From assembly GCA_030599585.1 (NCBI GenBank), contig JAUVNS010000002.1, positions 256,001-320,000 of the forward strand: 64,000 bases of DNA, written 5' to 3'. A program made the position numbers and the translations under genes. This stretch comes from Promethearchaeota archaeon (lineage in GTDB: Archaea > Asgardarchaeota > Lokiarchaeia > Sigyniarchaeales > SOKP01). The notes under the pieces are model-generated. The model had not been told where the DNA came from. It ran no database searches and worked only from the letters and a program-made list of their open reading frames with translations. Shown here piece after piece: positions 1 through 8,281 of the stretch. Positions within the stretch are counted from its first letter, which is position 1, and the number at the start of each line of letters is the position of its first letter.

Positions 1-396
1 TCAGCATTACTCATCCAATTACGGCATATATTAGAAGACAATAAACTTAACCTTAAATCTGATGTAAAAGATAAAACTATTCAGCAAATTAATACTATTT
101 TTAATGAGAAAAATATTCAAAATGAAATAGACAATTTAAAACTACTCCGCTCTGAAATTAATGATATTAAGAAAAAGATAGAACATGAAGGATTAGCAGT
201 TAAGAGAGATGAAATTAAAAATAAGATTTCGTTGAATACCGTAAAATTAGAACACTTAGAAAGCGATCTCGATAGGAAAAACAAGGATTATCTAAGATAT
301 TTATCTTCTCTTAAAAATGAAAGAGAAGAGATTCAAAAGTCAATAAAAGATCATATAAATCAGGAAGTTAAATTAAGTATTACCTTTAACTTCTAA
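1..396 (+). CDS. C-terminal part of a coiled-coil hypothetical protein (5' end outside window)
   Basis: Frame 1 is open from base 1 to TAA 394-396 (SALLIQLRHILED...EVKLSITFNF) and is rich in heptad-like K/E/L/I. Confidence 0.7.
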   Translation, partial: SALLIQLRHILEDNKLNLKSDVKDKTIQQINTIFNEKNIQNEIDNLKLLRSEINDIKKKIEHEGLAVKRDEIKNKISLNTVKLEHLESDLDRKNKDYLRYLSSLKNEREEIQKSIKDHINQEVKLSITFNF

Positions 397-436
397 TAAT
401 ACTTCACTTTGTTTTACTAATCTGCTTCTGTAATTT

Positions 437-601
437 CTAAACCCTTTTTTTCTTATCTTTTCTTTTCTTCTTATGTAGACCTCTTTCAAAACGGTATCCC
501 AAAAGTTCTTCTGATTCTTGACCTTGACGAATACCCTCTACTTTCTTTTTTTTAAAAATTCTTAATTTAGATTTTTTTGAATCGGATTGTTTATAATTCA
601 T
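437..601 (-). CDS. putative 54-aa Lys/Arg-rich small protein
   Basis: ATG 601 to TAG 437 translates as MNYKQSDSKKSKLRIFKKKKVEGIRQGQESEELLGYRFERGLHKKKRKDKKKRV; below the ORF-track length cutoff. Confidence 0.4.
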   Translation of the reverse strand: MNYKQSDSKKSKLRIFKKKKVEGIRQGQESEELLGYRFERGLHKKKRKDKKKRV

Positions 602-699
602 TTTATCATTCCCTTTTGTATTTATTCATTCATATTTTACAATTTTAATATGTAAATATACGCTCTGTTTTTTAGTTTTATTACTAATACAAAGGTTAG

Positions 700-1428
700 T
701 TATTTTTTCTTTATAATCTTAAATTCTCTGTTATTCTTTAAACTTCTTTTCTGTAGCACTAATTTCAAATTATGCTTTAAAAATTTAAAGGTCTCAGTTT
801 CAATTAAGTCAAAAATTTTAAGATACTCGAATCCTAACAATAAATCTTGTTTAATATCAATATCGAATCCCGCCCGAAAAGAATCATATACTGATATATT
901 TAAGTTCCGACTTTGAGCATCTTTTAATAAGGCAACAAAAGAAGGAATGTTTGGGTCTGAAAAATAGGTGGGGAGAATATCGGGGGGGTTTCTTCCGAAT
1001 ATGGAGATTCCAGCAGAGTGAATTGCGGGGCAAACTACAAGCTGGTTTGATTTCATTAAATTACTGATTTCCATCAAATTATTTTCGGATAATAATATTA
1101 CATCCAAAAAAGTAAAAATAGTACTAACCGCATCGTATTCTTTTATTGCAATATTGTTCAGGTCATTGATCACTAAATCAAACGATTTACGAGGATGTGT
1201 GAGTTTTTCTTTAATTCCAATTAATCCAAACTCTTCTGCTAATTCTAAAATCTCTTCGTTATGGCAATACACGATCTTATTGTCAAAACTATCAACATTC
1301 TGGACTTTTTTTGCCAAGTCTTTAAACATGGCTATAGTTAAATCCTTGAGTAATTCTTTGGGAAAACAATCTCTAAGACGAGATTTTGTCCGTGATAATG
1401 GAGCAATAGGAATTAAAAGAACGCTCAT
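700..1428 (-). CDS. cofC: 2-phospho-L-lactate/phosphoenolpyruvate guanylyltransferase (F420 biosynthesis), CofC-like
   Basis: N-terminal LIPIAPLSRTKSRL, AMFKD and C-terminal FDIDxxxDL motifs. Confidence 0.75.
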   Translation of the reverse strand: MSVLLIPIAPLSRTKSRLRDCFPKELLKDLTIAMFKDLAKKVQNVDSFDNKIVYCHNEEILELAEEFGLIGIKEKLTHPRKSFDLVINDLNNIAIKEYDAVSTIFTFLDVILLSENNLMEISNLMKSNQLVVCPAIHSAGISIFGRNPPDILPTYFSDPNIPSFVALLKDAQSRNLNISVYDSFRAGFDIDIKQDLLLGFEYLKIFDLIETETFKFLKHNLKLVLQKRSLKNNREFKIIKKK

Positions 1429-1485
1429 TATGAAATTTAGGAAAAGTTATAATTTAAAATATACCAAAATTAGTTGTTTAAAAAA

Positions 1486-2043
1486 TTACTTTAAATTATT
1501 TAAAATTTGAATAGATAAACTTTCAAAAGCCAAATCAACATTTTCATTAAGTTTAGCAGATGTTTCAAAATATTGGATACCAAGTTTCTCTACTTCAGCT
1601 TCAATTAGCGAATTGTCTACATTTCTGTCTAAGTCTTTTTTATTTCCAACTAAAACATAAGGCACATCCCCGCTTAAATCTTTTAGCGTAGAAAGCCAAA
1701 AGTCAATATTTTGGAACGTTTGTAAATCGTTTAAGCTAAAAACAATCATAGCTCCAACAGCTTGAACAAAATAGTATTCTGTGCTGAAGAGCTTGTCCTC
1801 TTGACCTCCAATGTCCCAGAAAAACAATTTAAATCCCTTTTCCTTAATATCCTGCTTCAATTCAGGTTTTTCTAAGTCTAATTTATCAACTATCTTACTT
1901 AAATCAATTTCTTTTATCAGGAAATTAGCGCCTATCGTTGGCGTATAATCCTCGTGAAATTTACCATCTACGTATCGAGCTAATAACGAGGTTTTTCCGA
2001 CTGAGGGATTACCACAAAGTATAACTTTACCACGGTATGAAAT
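1486..2043 (-). CDS. Rab-like small GTPase (185 aa with proposed ATT start)
   Basis: G1 GNPSVGKTS and G2 YTPTIGANF lie in frame upstream of the track start (1860); G3 WDIGGQ, G4 GNKKD, G5 ETSAK; GGAGG at 2057-2053; no prenylation motif. Confidence 0.88.
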   Translation of the reverse strand: MSYRGKVILCGNPSVGKTSLLARYVDGKFHEDYTPTIGANFLIKEIDLSKIVDKLDLEKPELKQDIKEKGFKLFFWDIGGQEDKLFSTEYYFVQAVGAMIVFSLNDLQTFQNIDFWLSTLKDLSGDVPYVLVGNKKDLDRNVDNSLIEAEVEKLGIQYFETSAKLNENVDLAFESLSIQILNNLK

Positions 2044-2232
2044 TGCTATCAGCCTCCTCTAACTTTCACTAAAAAATTATAATACCACATAGTTTTTATC
2101 CCCTATGATTTTTTATCAATATGTTTATCATTAAACACTTTAATTTAAACTTAATTTTATTTTTGTTTTTCCGTTCTAATTCTATTAAACTAACGTAACC
2201 TTTGTTTGAGTATGCGATTTATTTAAAATAGA

Positions 2233-3087
2233 TTAAACTGGATATGGTACTTTTACTGGAGTTAACTTTATCTCTTTCGTTTCTGAGCTAATAAAGTGTC
2301 TAAATAAATGCTCGTAGCCTATTATTTGACTCTGCTTTCCGTTTTCCAACCATAAACCAGATGTGTATTCCGGAGCTTCTTTTACCTGATCTAAAGTAGT
2401 TAACAAAAATCCATAATCTGCGATTAACAATCCGAACGGAATGACGTTTTCACCCTCGATTGAATGGATCTTTACAGAAATTTTTAATAATTTCTTGATC
2501 TCTTCCTTAAGTTCTTCAAAGTATTTAAAGGCAATTACGATTTCCATATCTGATGAGAATTTCTTACTCCAGATTTCCTTTAATATCCACTCGTGACCTC
2601 CTAATTCTTTAATCAATAAATCAGGGGTCATTATGAAATATATTCTGTTTTGAGAAGTGCTAATTAAATCTTTTATTTTCTTTCTAATTTTATCCCTTGA
2701 ATTTATCGCCCATACCCTTGGCTCGACTTCTTCTTTATCAATTTCCAATTCAGCAATCGCTTTTTCGATCGTTATAGTATCGTCAATTTTTTTCTTGAAA
2801 TTGTCTCTAAGCGTTTTAAAAACCCGACTAATGGGGATCACTTGATAATTTGCACCCCTTTTTACTGGTTCTTTTTGGATAAACCCTTTTTCAATTAACC
2901 GATTAAGACTATCATATACCCTAGCACGGTCAACATCAGAAAATTTTGCTATATCTGCCGGACTCAATATTTTATATTTTGCAAGAGCTAACAAAACCTT
3001 TGAATCATTTTTCGTAAATCCTAATGACTGTAAGGCAAATTCAATATCAGATTCTTCAAGTTTTATGTTTTCGCGACTATACGACAA
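2233..3087 (-). CDS. TrmB-family transcriptional regulator / chromatin protein (wHTH + effector domain)
   Basis: LQSLGFTKNDSKVLLAL...PADIAKFSDVDRARVYDSLNRLIEKGFI is a typical TrmB HTH, followed by a coiled coil and a TrmB C-terminal domain. Confidence 0.85.
   Translation of the reverse strand: MSYSRENIKLEESDIEFALQSLGFTKNDSKVLLALAKYKILSPADIAKFSDVDRARVYDSLNRLIEKGFIQKEPVKRGANYQVIPISRVFKTLRDNFKKKIDDTITIEKAIAELEIDKEEVEPRVWAINSRDKIRKKIKDLISTSQNRIYFIMTPDLLIKELGGHEWILKEIWSKKFSSDMEIVIAFKYFEELKEEIKKLLKISVKIHSIEGENVIPFGLLIADYGFLLTTLDQVKEAPEYTSGLWLENGKQSQIIGYEHLFRHFISSETKEIKLTPVKVPYPV
2936..2966. repeat. 31-bp exact direct repeat, copy 1 (inside trmB HTH coding sequence)
   Basis: TCAGAAAATTTTGCTATATCTGCCGGACTCA is identical to 3472-3502. 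Confidence 0.95.
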
Positions 3088-3160
3088 GAGCTAAATCTTG
3101 ATCCTTTTTTATTCGTATTACATAACTAATTCTAAAACTGTTATTTTAATTTATACATTT

Positions 3161-3178
3161 AAAAAAAAAAAAAAAAAA
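3161..3178. repeat. A18 homopolymer tract upstream of trmB
   Basis: 18 consecutive A. Confidence 0.9.
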
Positions 3179-3471
3179 TAATCGCAAATAAATTAGTAAA
3201 ACTCCAATAGAGGCGAATTGACAAAATTCTTTAATAAAATAGCCGTCAAAGTTTAAGAAACGCTTGTGTAAAATTCAAGTGTCAATATTATAATAAAAAC
3301 CGAGTTTCATTTTTTTCATTATATTAAAACTTTAATAATGGTTTTATTTTTTGCGTAAAAAATAGGCGAATTATGTGAGAATGACTTTCGAGTGAATTTT
3401 AACAATCAAAGATTTTTTATTTCCTATTTAATAAAAAATAAAAATTTTATTCAAAAGGGGTATTTTGTCGC

Positions 3472-3502
3472 TCAGAAAATTTTGCTATATCTGCCGGACT
3501 CA
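3472..3502. repeat. 31-bp exact direct repeat, copy 2 (trmB/histone intergenic region)
   Basis: Identical to 2936-2966, with different flanks. Confidence 0.95.
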
Positions 3503-3552
3503 CGATAATTAGTTAATTTCATTTCCAAAAACTATTGTTCCGAACCATAATA

Positions 3553-3560
3553 TTTATATA
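3553..3560 (+). promoter_or_regulatory. candidate TATA box of histone gene
   Basis: TTTATATA about 85 nt upstream of ATG 3644; SD GGAGG at 3631-3635. Confidence 0.5.
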
Positions 3561-3643
3561 ATAGAAATTCGTAGTTATTATTAATTATAAATCTATATTA
3601 AAACATTTAAAATACCAAAAAAAAAATAGTGGAGGAATAAAAA

Positions 3644-3874
3644 ATGGCCAAAAAAGCTCCTGCAAAAAAATCTGACGGTTATATCGCTAAAGCACCAATT
3701 CGAAGATTAATGAAAAAGGAAGGTGCTGATTTAGTAGCTGCTGACGCCCTTGATAAATTAATAGGGTATTTAGAGAAACAAGCAGCAAATGCGACGAAAG
3801 AAGCAATTAAAATAACCAAAGCAGACAAGCGTAAGCGTGTAACTGCTGCAGATATTCGTAAAGCTACTCGATAG
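3644..3874 (+). CDS. archaeal histone (HMf-type fold) with short Lys-rich N-terminal tail
   Basis: IAKAPIRRLMKKEGA...KRKRVTAADI histone-fold signature; MAKKAPAKKSDG tail. Confidence 0.9.
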   Translation: MAKKAPAKKSDGYIAKAPIRRLMKKEGADLVAADALDKLIGYLEKQAANATKEAIKITKADKRKRVTAADIRKATR

Positions 3875-3897
3875 AAAGTTTGAGTTAAATTTTCAAA

Positions 3898-3919
3898 TTT
3901 TTTTTCTTATTTTTGTTTT
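3898..3919 (+). terminator. oligo-T terminator after histone gene
   Basis: T-rich tract TTTTTTTTCTTATTTTTGTTTT. Confidence 0.5.
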
Positions 3920-3949
3920 AAGCTTCTAATTTGTTTTAAAGAGCGCTCT

Positions 3950-4483
3950 TTACTTGAAATTTTCAAAAAATTCTTTGTTTAAAAATTTGTTAATATTTTG
4001 AGTTAGCTTTTGCTTCACGGAATCTAAACCTTCGGGGAGAACTCTTGTGTTTCCGATTATATCAATAAATCCTAACTCTGTGCCATATCTTGGAACTACA
4101 TGGATATGTAGGTGGTCTATACTTGCCCCAGCATAATTTCCTTGATTTATTCCAATATTATAGCCTTTTGGATTATATAAATCATCGAGTAATAGTTGCA
4201 AACCCTGAATCGTTCTATTCAAATGCAAAAGTTCCTTTTTCGTTAACTCGGTATATTTTGTAATGTGTCTGTTTGGAACGCACATGAGATGTCCAGGATT
4301 GAATGGATAAAGATTTAACAGCACAAAACAGATATTATCCTCATAAATTTTTAAAGAGACTACTTTCTCGTCGTTTTTTTTAACTGAGCAAAAAATGCAA
4401 TCAACATCTGGTCTTTTTTTACCTTGAACATAGTCTAGTTTTCCTAAGGCTTGTAGCCATTTGTCAAAAATTATTCTACTCAC
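3950..4483 (-). CDS. HIT-family hydrolase (Ap4A phosphorylase/Fhit-like)
   Basis: CIFC, LNLYPFNPGHLM, AGASIDHLHIHVVPR histidine triad. Confidence 0.9.
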   Translation of the reverse strand: MSRIIFDKWLQALGKLDYVQGKKRPDVDCIFCSVKKNDEKVVSLKIYEDNICFVLLNLYPFNPGHLMCVPNRHITKYTELTKKELLHLNRTIQGLQLLLDDLYNPKGYNIGINQGNYAGASIDHLHIHVVPRYGTELGFIDIIGNTRVLPEGLDSVKQKLTQNINKFLNKEFFENFK

Positions 4484-4499
4484 TTTTTGAACTTAATTG

Positions 4500-5036
4500 T
4501 TATGAATATAATGAAAAGTCGGCAGTAAAATCTTTAGATTTAGTTATATCTCCTGGTTTTATCTTTCCTAAGCAATGTTCGTTAAGGAGCATATTAGAAT
4601 AAGCAGAACACGTAAAAACCTTTCTAACACTCTTGAAAAAAGAATTTTTCGAGATAGTTCCATCTTTTTTGAGAAACATCTGTTCACTTATTTCATACCT
4701 GAATTTCTGAGTATCTATTCTAAAAAAAACATCTTTTATGAGGAAAAACTTTCTGATATCCATGAAAAAGAAGATTTTTCCATTATCTTCTAACGAGTTC
4801 AAAGCATCAACTTGTTGGGGAGCTATTTGAATTGGATTTGATATAATAATTAAATCCTTATTTTTTGGTTTTATTACTACCATTTTTTGCGCAATAGGAC
4901 CTTTTGTATTTGGGAATACAAATTGAAAACCAAACTCAAGTTTTTTTTCATCGATCGGAAGTTTGTTTCTTAAAAGCCCTTCGTCAAGCAAATAATCTTG
5001 AATTAGGTTTTTTATATTATTAGCGTTATCTGTCAT
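4500..5036 (-). CDS. hypothetical protein (DUF2299-like)
   Basis: IQDYLLDEG N-terminus resembles archaeal DUF2299; same-strand gene run. Confidence 0.55.
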   Translation of the reverse strand: MTDNANNIKNLIQDYLLDEGLLRNKLPIDEKKLEFGFQFVFPNTKGPIAQKMVVIKPKNKDLIIISNPIQIAPQQVDALNSLEDNGKIFFFMDIRKFFLIKDVFFRIDTQKFRYEISEQMFLKKDGTISKNSFFKSVRKVFTCSAYSNMLLNEHCLGKIKPGDITKSKDFTADFSLYS

Positions 5037-5158
5037 TATGATTCTTATTCAATGTTTATATACAAACCATTTATTTTTTGTGGATTTGATTGTTTTATTG
5101 AAAAAACTTAATTCATGAAGTTTAAGCGAGAAAAAAGAATTAATAATTGCGGAAAATC

Positions 5159-5521
5159 TTAATATTTGCCTTTCGGTCTAGCTTGGGGCTGAATCCCAGC
5201 GTCCTTTAATTTTTCTATGTTTTTATTAAGTTCTTCCGATGAGGAACAATACATTATTTGGAGAGATTTAACATCTATGAAAAGCGTTCCCACAATCCCC
5301 AATCCCATAAGTTTATTATCCTTATTGATAAAAGTATTATCAAGATTCATTTTAATTGCTTGTTTACTGTTCTCGAGTTCAACAAGTTTGGGCTGACAAG
5401 CGGTATATCCAGGTCCTCTATTGGTAATCAAATAACTCATTAACGCATAATCTAATTCATCGTTTATTTCTCCCTCCTCTTGGAGGACTTTTATCACATT
5501 TGGAGCATCTGGCAACGACAT
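5159..5521 (-). CDS. hypothetical protein
   Basis: 120-aa ORF with ATG start in a same-strand gene run. Confidence 0.65.
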   Translation of the reverse strand: MSLPDAPNVIKVLQEEGEINDELDYALMSYLITNRGPGYTACQPKLVELENSKQAIKMNLDNTFINKDNKLMGLGIVGTLFIDVKSLQIMYCSSSEELNKNIEKLKDAGIQPQARPKGKY

Positions 5522-5572
5522 TTTCGCTAATTGACTTTAATGGGATAAAATAAAAAAAATTGTAATAAATAA

Positions 5573-5842
5573 TTAGGTACGTTTATCAATCTGTACACGA
5601 TCGACGCTATGCAAAGCACAATTCATACTTTCTAACATCTCTTTAATTGATTCAAGTGAGAGTTCTTCAGTGCCTTTAATTGTTATAAATATCGATGTAG
5701 TTTTTTGATCTATCTCATCTGTTTTAATCTGGACAAACAAAACGCCGGGAACCTCCTCTAACGCTTGCGCAAGTCCGTAATTTGATGGAATGTGTGGCTT
5801 TAAGACATCTAAGTCAAATTCTATTCGACCCATTATTTGCAT
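5573..5842 (-). CDS. DUF211-family protein
   Basis: LDVLKPH, DEIDQKT, ITIKG and LHSVD motifs. Confidence 0.8.
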   Translation of the reverse strand: MQIMGRIEFDLDVLKPHIPSNYGLAQALEEVPGVLFVQIKTDEIDQKTTSIFITIKGTEELSLESIKEMLESMNCALHSVDRVQIDKRT

Positions 5843-5927
5843 TTAAACCTTTTTTGAAGTATATTTTAAATATTTGATGGAAATTATTTCATTAATAGAT
5901 TAAATGGTATTTATAATTTATTTTTAT

Positions 5928-6626
5928 TTAGTTCATAAATTTTTCAAGGGTTTCAATTAATTTAAGTGGAATTTCTTCTGGTTCGATAATTTTATTAGCT
6001 TTCTTGAAAAATTCCCTTTTCAAGTAAATTGGAATTTTAGTGTTTAAAGCGATAGAGCGAGAACCTATGTTAACCGCTGCTTCAATATCTCTCCCGGTAT
6101 CTCCTATTACAACAATTTGATCAGGTTTTACATTTATTTTCTCACATATGAGTTTTAAATGATCTGGATGCGGTTTTAGATTTTCAGTATCGTCACGGCC
6201 TATTATGACTTCAAAGTAGTGAAAGATACCTACTGTCTCTAGTGAAATTCTTGCGTTGTTATGAGTATTATACGTGAAAATAGCTTGTTTAAGTTTTTTC
6301 TTTTTGGCAAACTCTAAAACTTGGTCGATACCATGAGTTAAACTTGCTTTAATGGCAGCATCGTGTTCGACTTGAATTACGACATTATTCACTTCGATAA
6401 TAATTTCTTTAATTTTTTCGGAAGAAAACCCTAACTCACTAAATATTACTCTGGAGTTTTTAACATTTTCTAAAATAGGTTTTTCAACTGAAAGGTTTTC
6501 TTTTGGTATCCCCGAATCTCTTAATACTCTAATAGCCTTCCTTCGAGCTTTAACCGAGTTAATTTTAAAACGTATTAAGGTACCGTCCAAATCCCATATA
6601 ATTGCTTTAATAGGTTTTTCGTTCAT
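5928..6626 (-). CDS. HAD-superfamily phosphatase (phosphoglycolate phosphatase-like)
   Basis: WDLDGTL, KPHPD and IGDTGRDIEAA motifs. Confidence 0.9.
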   Translation of the reverse strand: MNEKPIKAIIWDLDGTLIRFKINSVKARRKAIRVLRDSGIPKENLSVEKPILENVKNSRVIFSELGFSSEKIKEIIIEVNNVVIQVEHDAAIKASLTHGIDQVLEFAKKKKLKQAIFTYNTHNNARISLETVGIFHYFEVIIGRDDTENLKPHPDHLKLICEKINVKPDQIVVIGDTGRDIEAAVNIGSRSIALNTKIPIYLKREFFKKANKIIEPEEIPLKLIETLEKFMN

Positions 6627-7211
6627 TTAATATACCAAATCGGAATATATCGGCCCTGTAGGGGTCAAAATAGATTTTTTTAGTTTTACCTGGCTTACGA
6701 TGAAAGATCCAAATTCGAAATTTTTGTTCTCGTTAATTAGTTTTTTTAGCGCATCAAAAGTTTTATAATTTACCTTATCCTTTCTCAATCTTCCTATCGT
6801 CAGATGTGGTTTAAATCCAGTTCTTTTATCTTTTTGAATTTTCAATCGCTCAAATAAGAGTTGCTCAATAGTGTTTTTAATTTGTTGCAAAAATTGAACA
6901 TCTCCAATAAGTTTTACCCATAAAACAGAGAATTTATTAAATTGACCAACCCCTCTTAGATTATATTCAATATTCTTTCCTTGAAACATGTTTTTGTTTA
7001 TATCTTCCTTCAAAATTTTATAAATTTTTGGTGCTATGGATTCAGAAATGTCTCCCAAAAATTTTACAGTTAAGTGAAGGTTTTCTGGTTCTACTACTTT
7101 AAGTTTAGACTGATTTTGTTTTAATCGAGATGAAAAAGCTTGAATTTTTTCAATCGTATTTTTGTCTTTTAACTCAATTGCTATAAATGCTCTAATCATG
7201 ATACCATCCAA
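6627..7211 (-). CDS. thpR: RNA 2',3'-cyclic phosphodiesterase (2'-5' RNA ligase family)
   Basis: RAFIAI, NLHLTVKFLG, FKPHLTIGR (two HxT motifs), SILTPTGPIY. Confidence 0.92.
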   Translation of the reverse strand: MDGIMIRAFIAIELKDKNTIEKIQAFSSRLKQNQSKLKVVEPENLHLTVKFLGDISESIAPKIYKILKEDINKNMFQGKNIEYNLRGVGQFNKFSVLWVKLIGDVQFLQQIKNTIEQLLFERLKIQKDKRTGFKPHLTIGRLRKDKVNYKTFDALKKLINENKNFEFGSFIVSQVKLKKSILTPTGPIYSDLVY

Positions 7212-7243
7212 ATTAAAGTTAAAAATCCAAGTGCTTTGACGCT

Positions 7244-8206
7244 TTACCTCTCAATTTTGCCGGGAAGAAAGAAGTCATATTTTTTCTTAAAGATTTTAGT
7301 TTTAAGAAATCTATCAAAGTGTCTAACCTTTTGAAAAATAACCCACATTCTACTGTCGCTTTTGTAATATTTTTCAATTTCTTCTAATGTTAACGGTTCA
7401 ATCTTGAAATCCTTAGCTTCTTCTTGGAAGAATTTATTGACAAGGTTAATCAATTCAGGGATGAGTTCTGATTTTTGTTCCTTAAAGAAATTTGCTACTA
7501 AATCAATTGTAACCTTCCTCCAATCGTAATATCTCCCTATCGTTTCTTCAAGAAATAAAGCTTTTAACAACCACCGTAGAAATGAAGGGGCACTTTTCAA
7601 AAAAAGGACTGCCTCCATCGCTTCATTACCATCAACTCTAAACATTGGTGTACTCGTATCGAAATAGATTAGTTTTGAATCAAGATCAACTTTAGGACTG
7701 TTCGGATCGAAACCAACAATGGCAAAATTAGATATTTGACCATCTAATCCTAAATCTATAGTATTATGGTTTTTACTGTAATCCCACACTTTCTTCATTT
7801 CTCTCATTACAAGTAGAATTAAAGTTTTAATATCTTGATCGCTCAATTTATGAATTACTTTATTCCCTACTGATTCTGCAGGGAATTTTTCTTGAACGCA
7901 ATAGAATTGAATTTTCCCCTCTTCGTCTTTGAACCATGCTACATCGTATTCAGGCAGATTTATCCCCACATCTTCTTTTAAAAGCCTATTATATTCGTTA
8001 TAGGCCCAAATATGCCTTTCGACTTGCATTTCATTATCAAAAATTGGAATCCTTTTATAGGCTATTTGTTCTGAGCTGTTCAAAAGCTCAAAAACAAGGC
8101 TTATTTCACCGTAACCTAAAATTTTTATCGGTACTTCTCCATTTTCGGGATTATAAATATCGATTGACCGCTCTAACTTCTTCAAAATCTCAATATCAAT
8201 TTTCAC
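7244..8206 (-). CDS. DUF6206-like protein with kinase-like motifs
   Basis: LGYGEISLV, AYKR, LDGQISNF, YFDTSTPM. Confidence 0.6.
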   Translation of the reverse strand: MKIDIEILKKLERSIDIYNPENGEVPIKILGYGEISLVFELLNSSEQIAYKRIPIFDNEMQVERHIWAYNEYNRLLKEDVGINLPEYDVAWFKDEEGKIQFYCVQEKFPAESVGNKVIHKLSDQDIKTLILLVMREMKKVWDYSKNHNTIDLGLDGQISNFAIVGFDPNSPKVDLDSKLIYFDTSTPMFRVDGNEAMEAVLFLKSAPSFLRWLLKALFLEETIGRYYDWRKVTIDLVANFFKEQKSELIPELINLVNKFFQEEAKDFKIEPLTLEEIEKYYKSDSRMWVIFQKVRHFDRFLKTKIFKKKYDFFLPGKIER

Positions 8207-8281
8207 ATTTAATCAATTCACTTGTGTAATATTTAAAAAAATTAACTTAAATCTTTATAAAATTAACTCAAAAGTTCAATA

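Noticed and set aside
3465-3510. C/D-box sRNA on the minus strand (GTGAGT...CTGA)
   Set aside because: Box C lacks the second GA and no C'/D' pair is evident.
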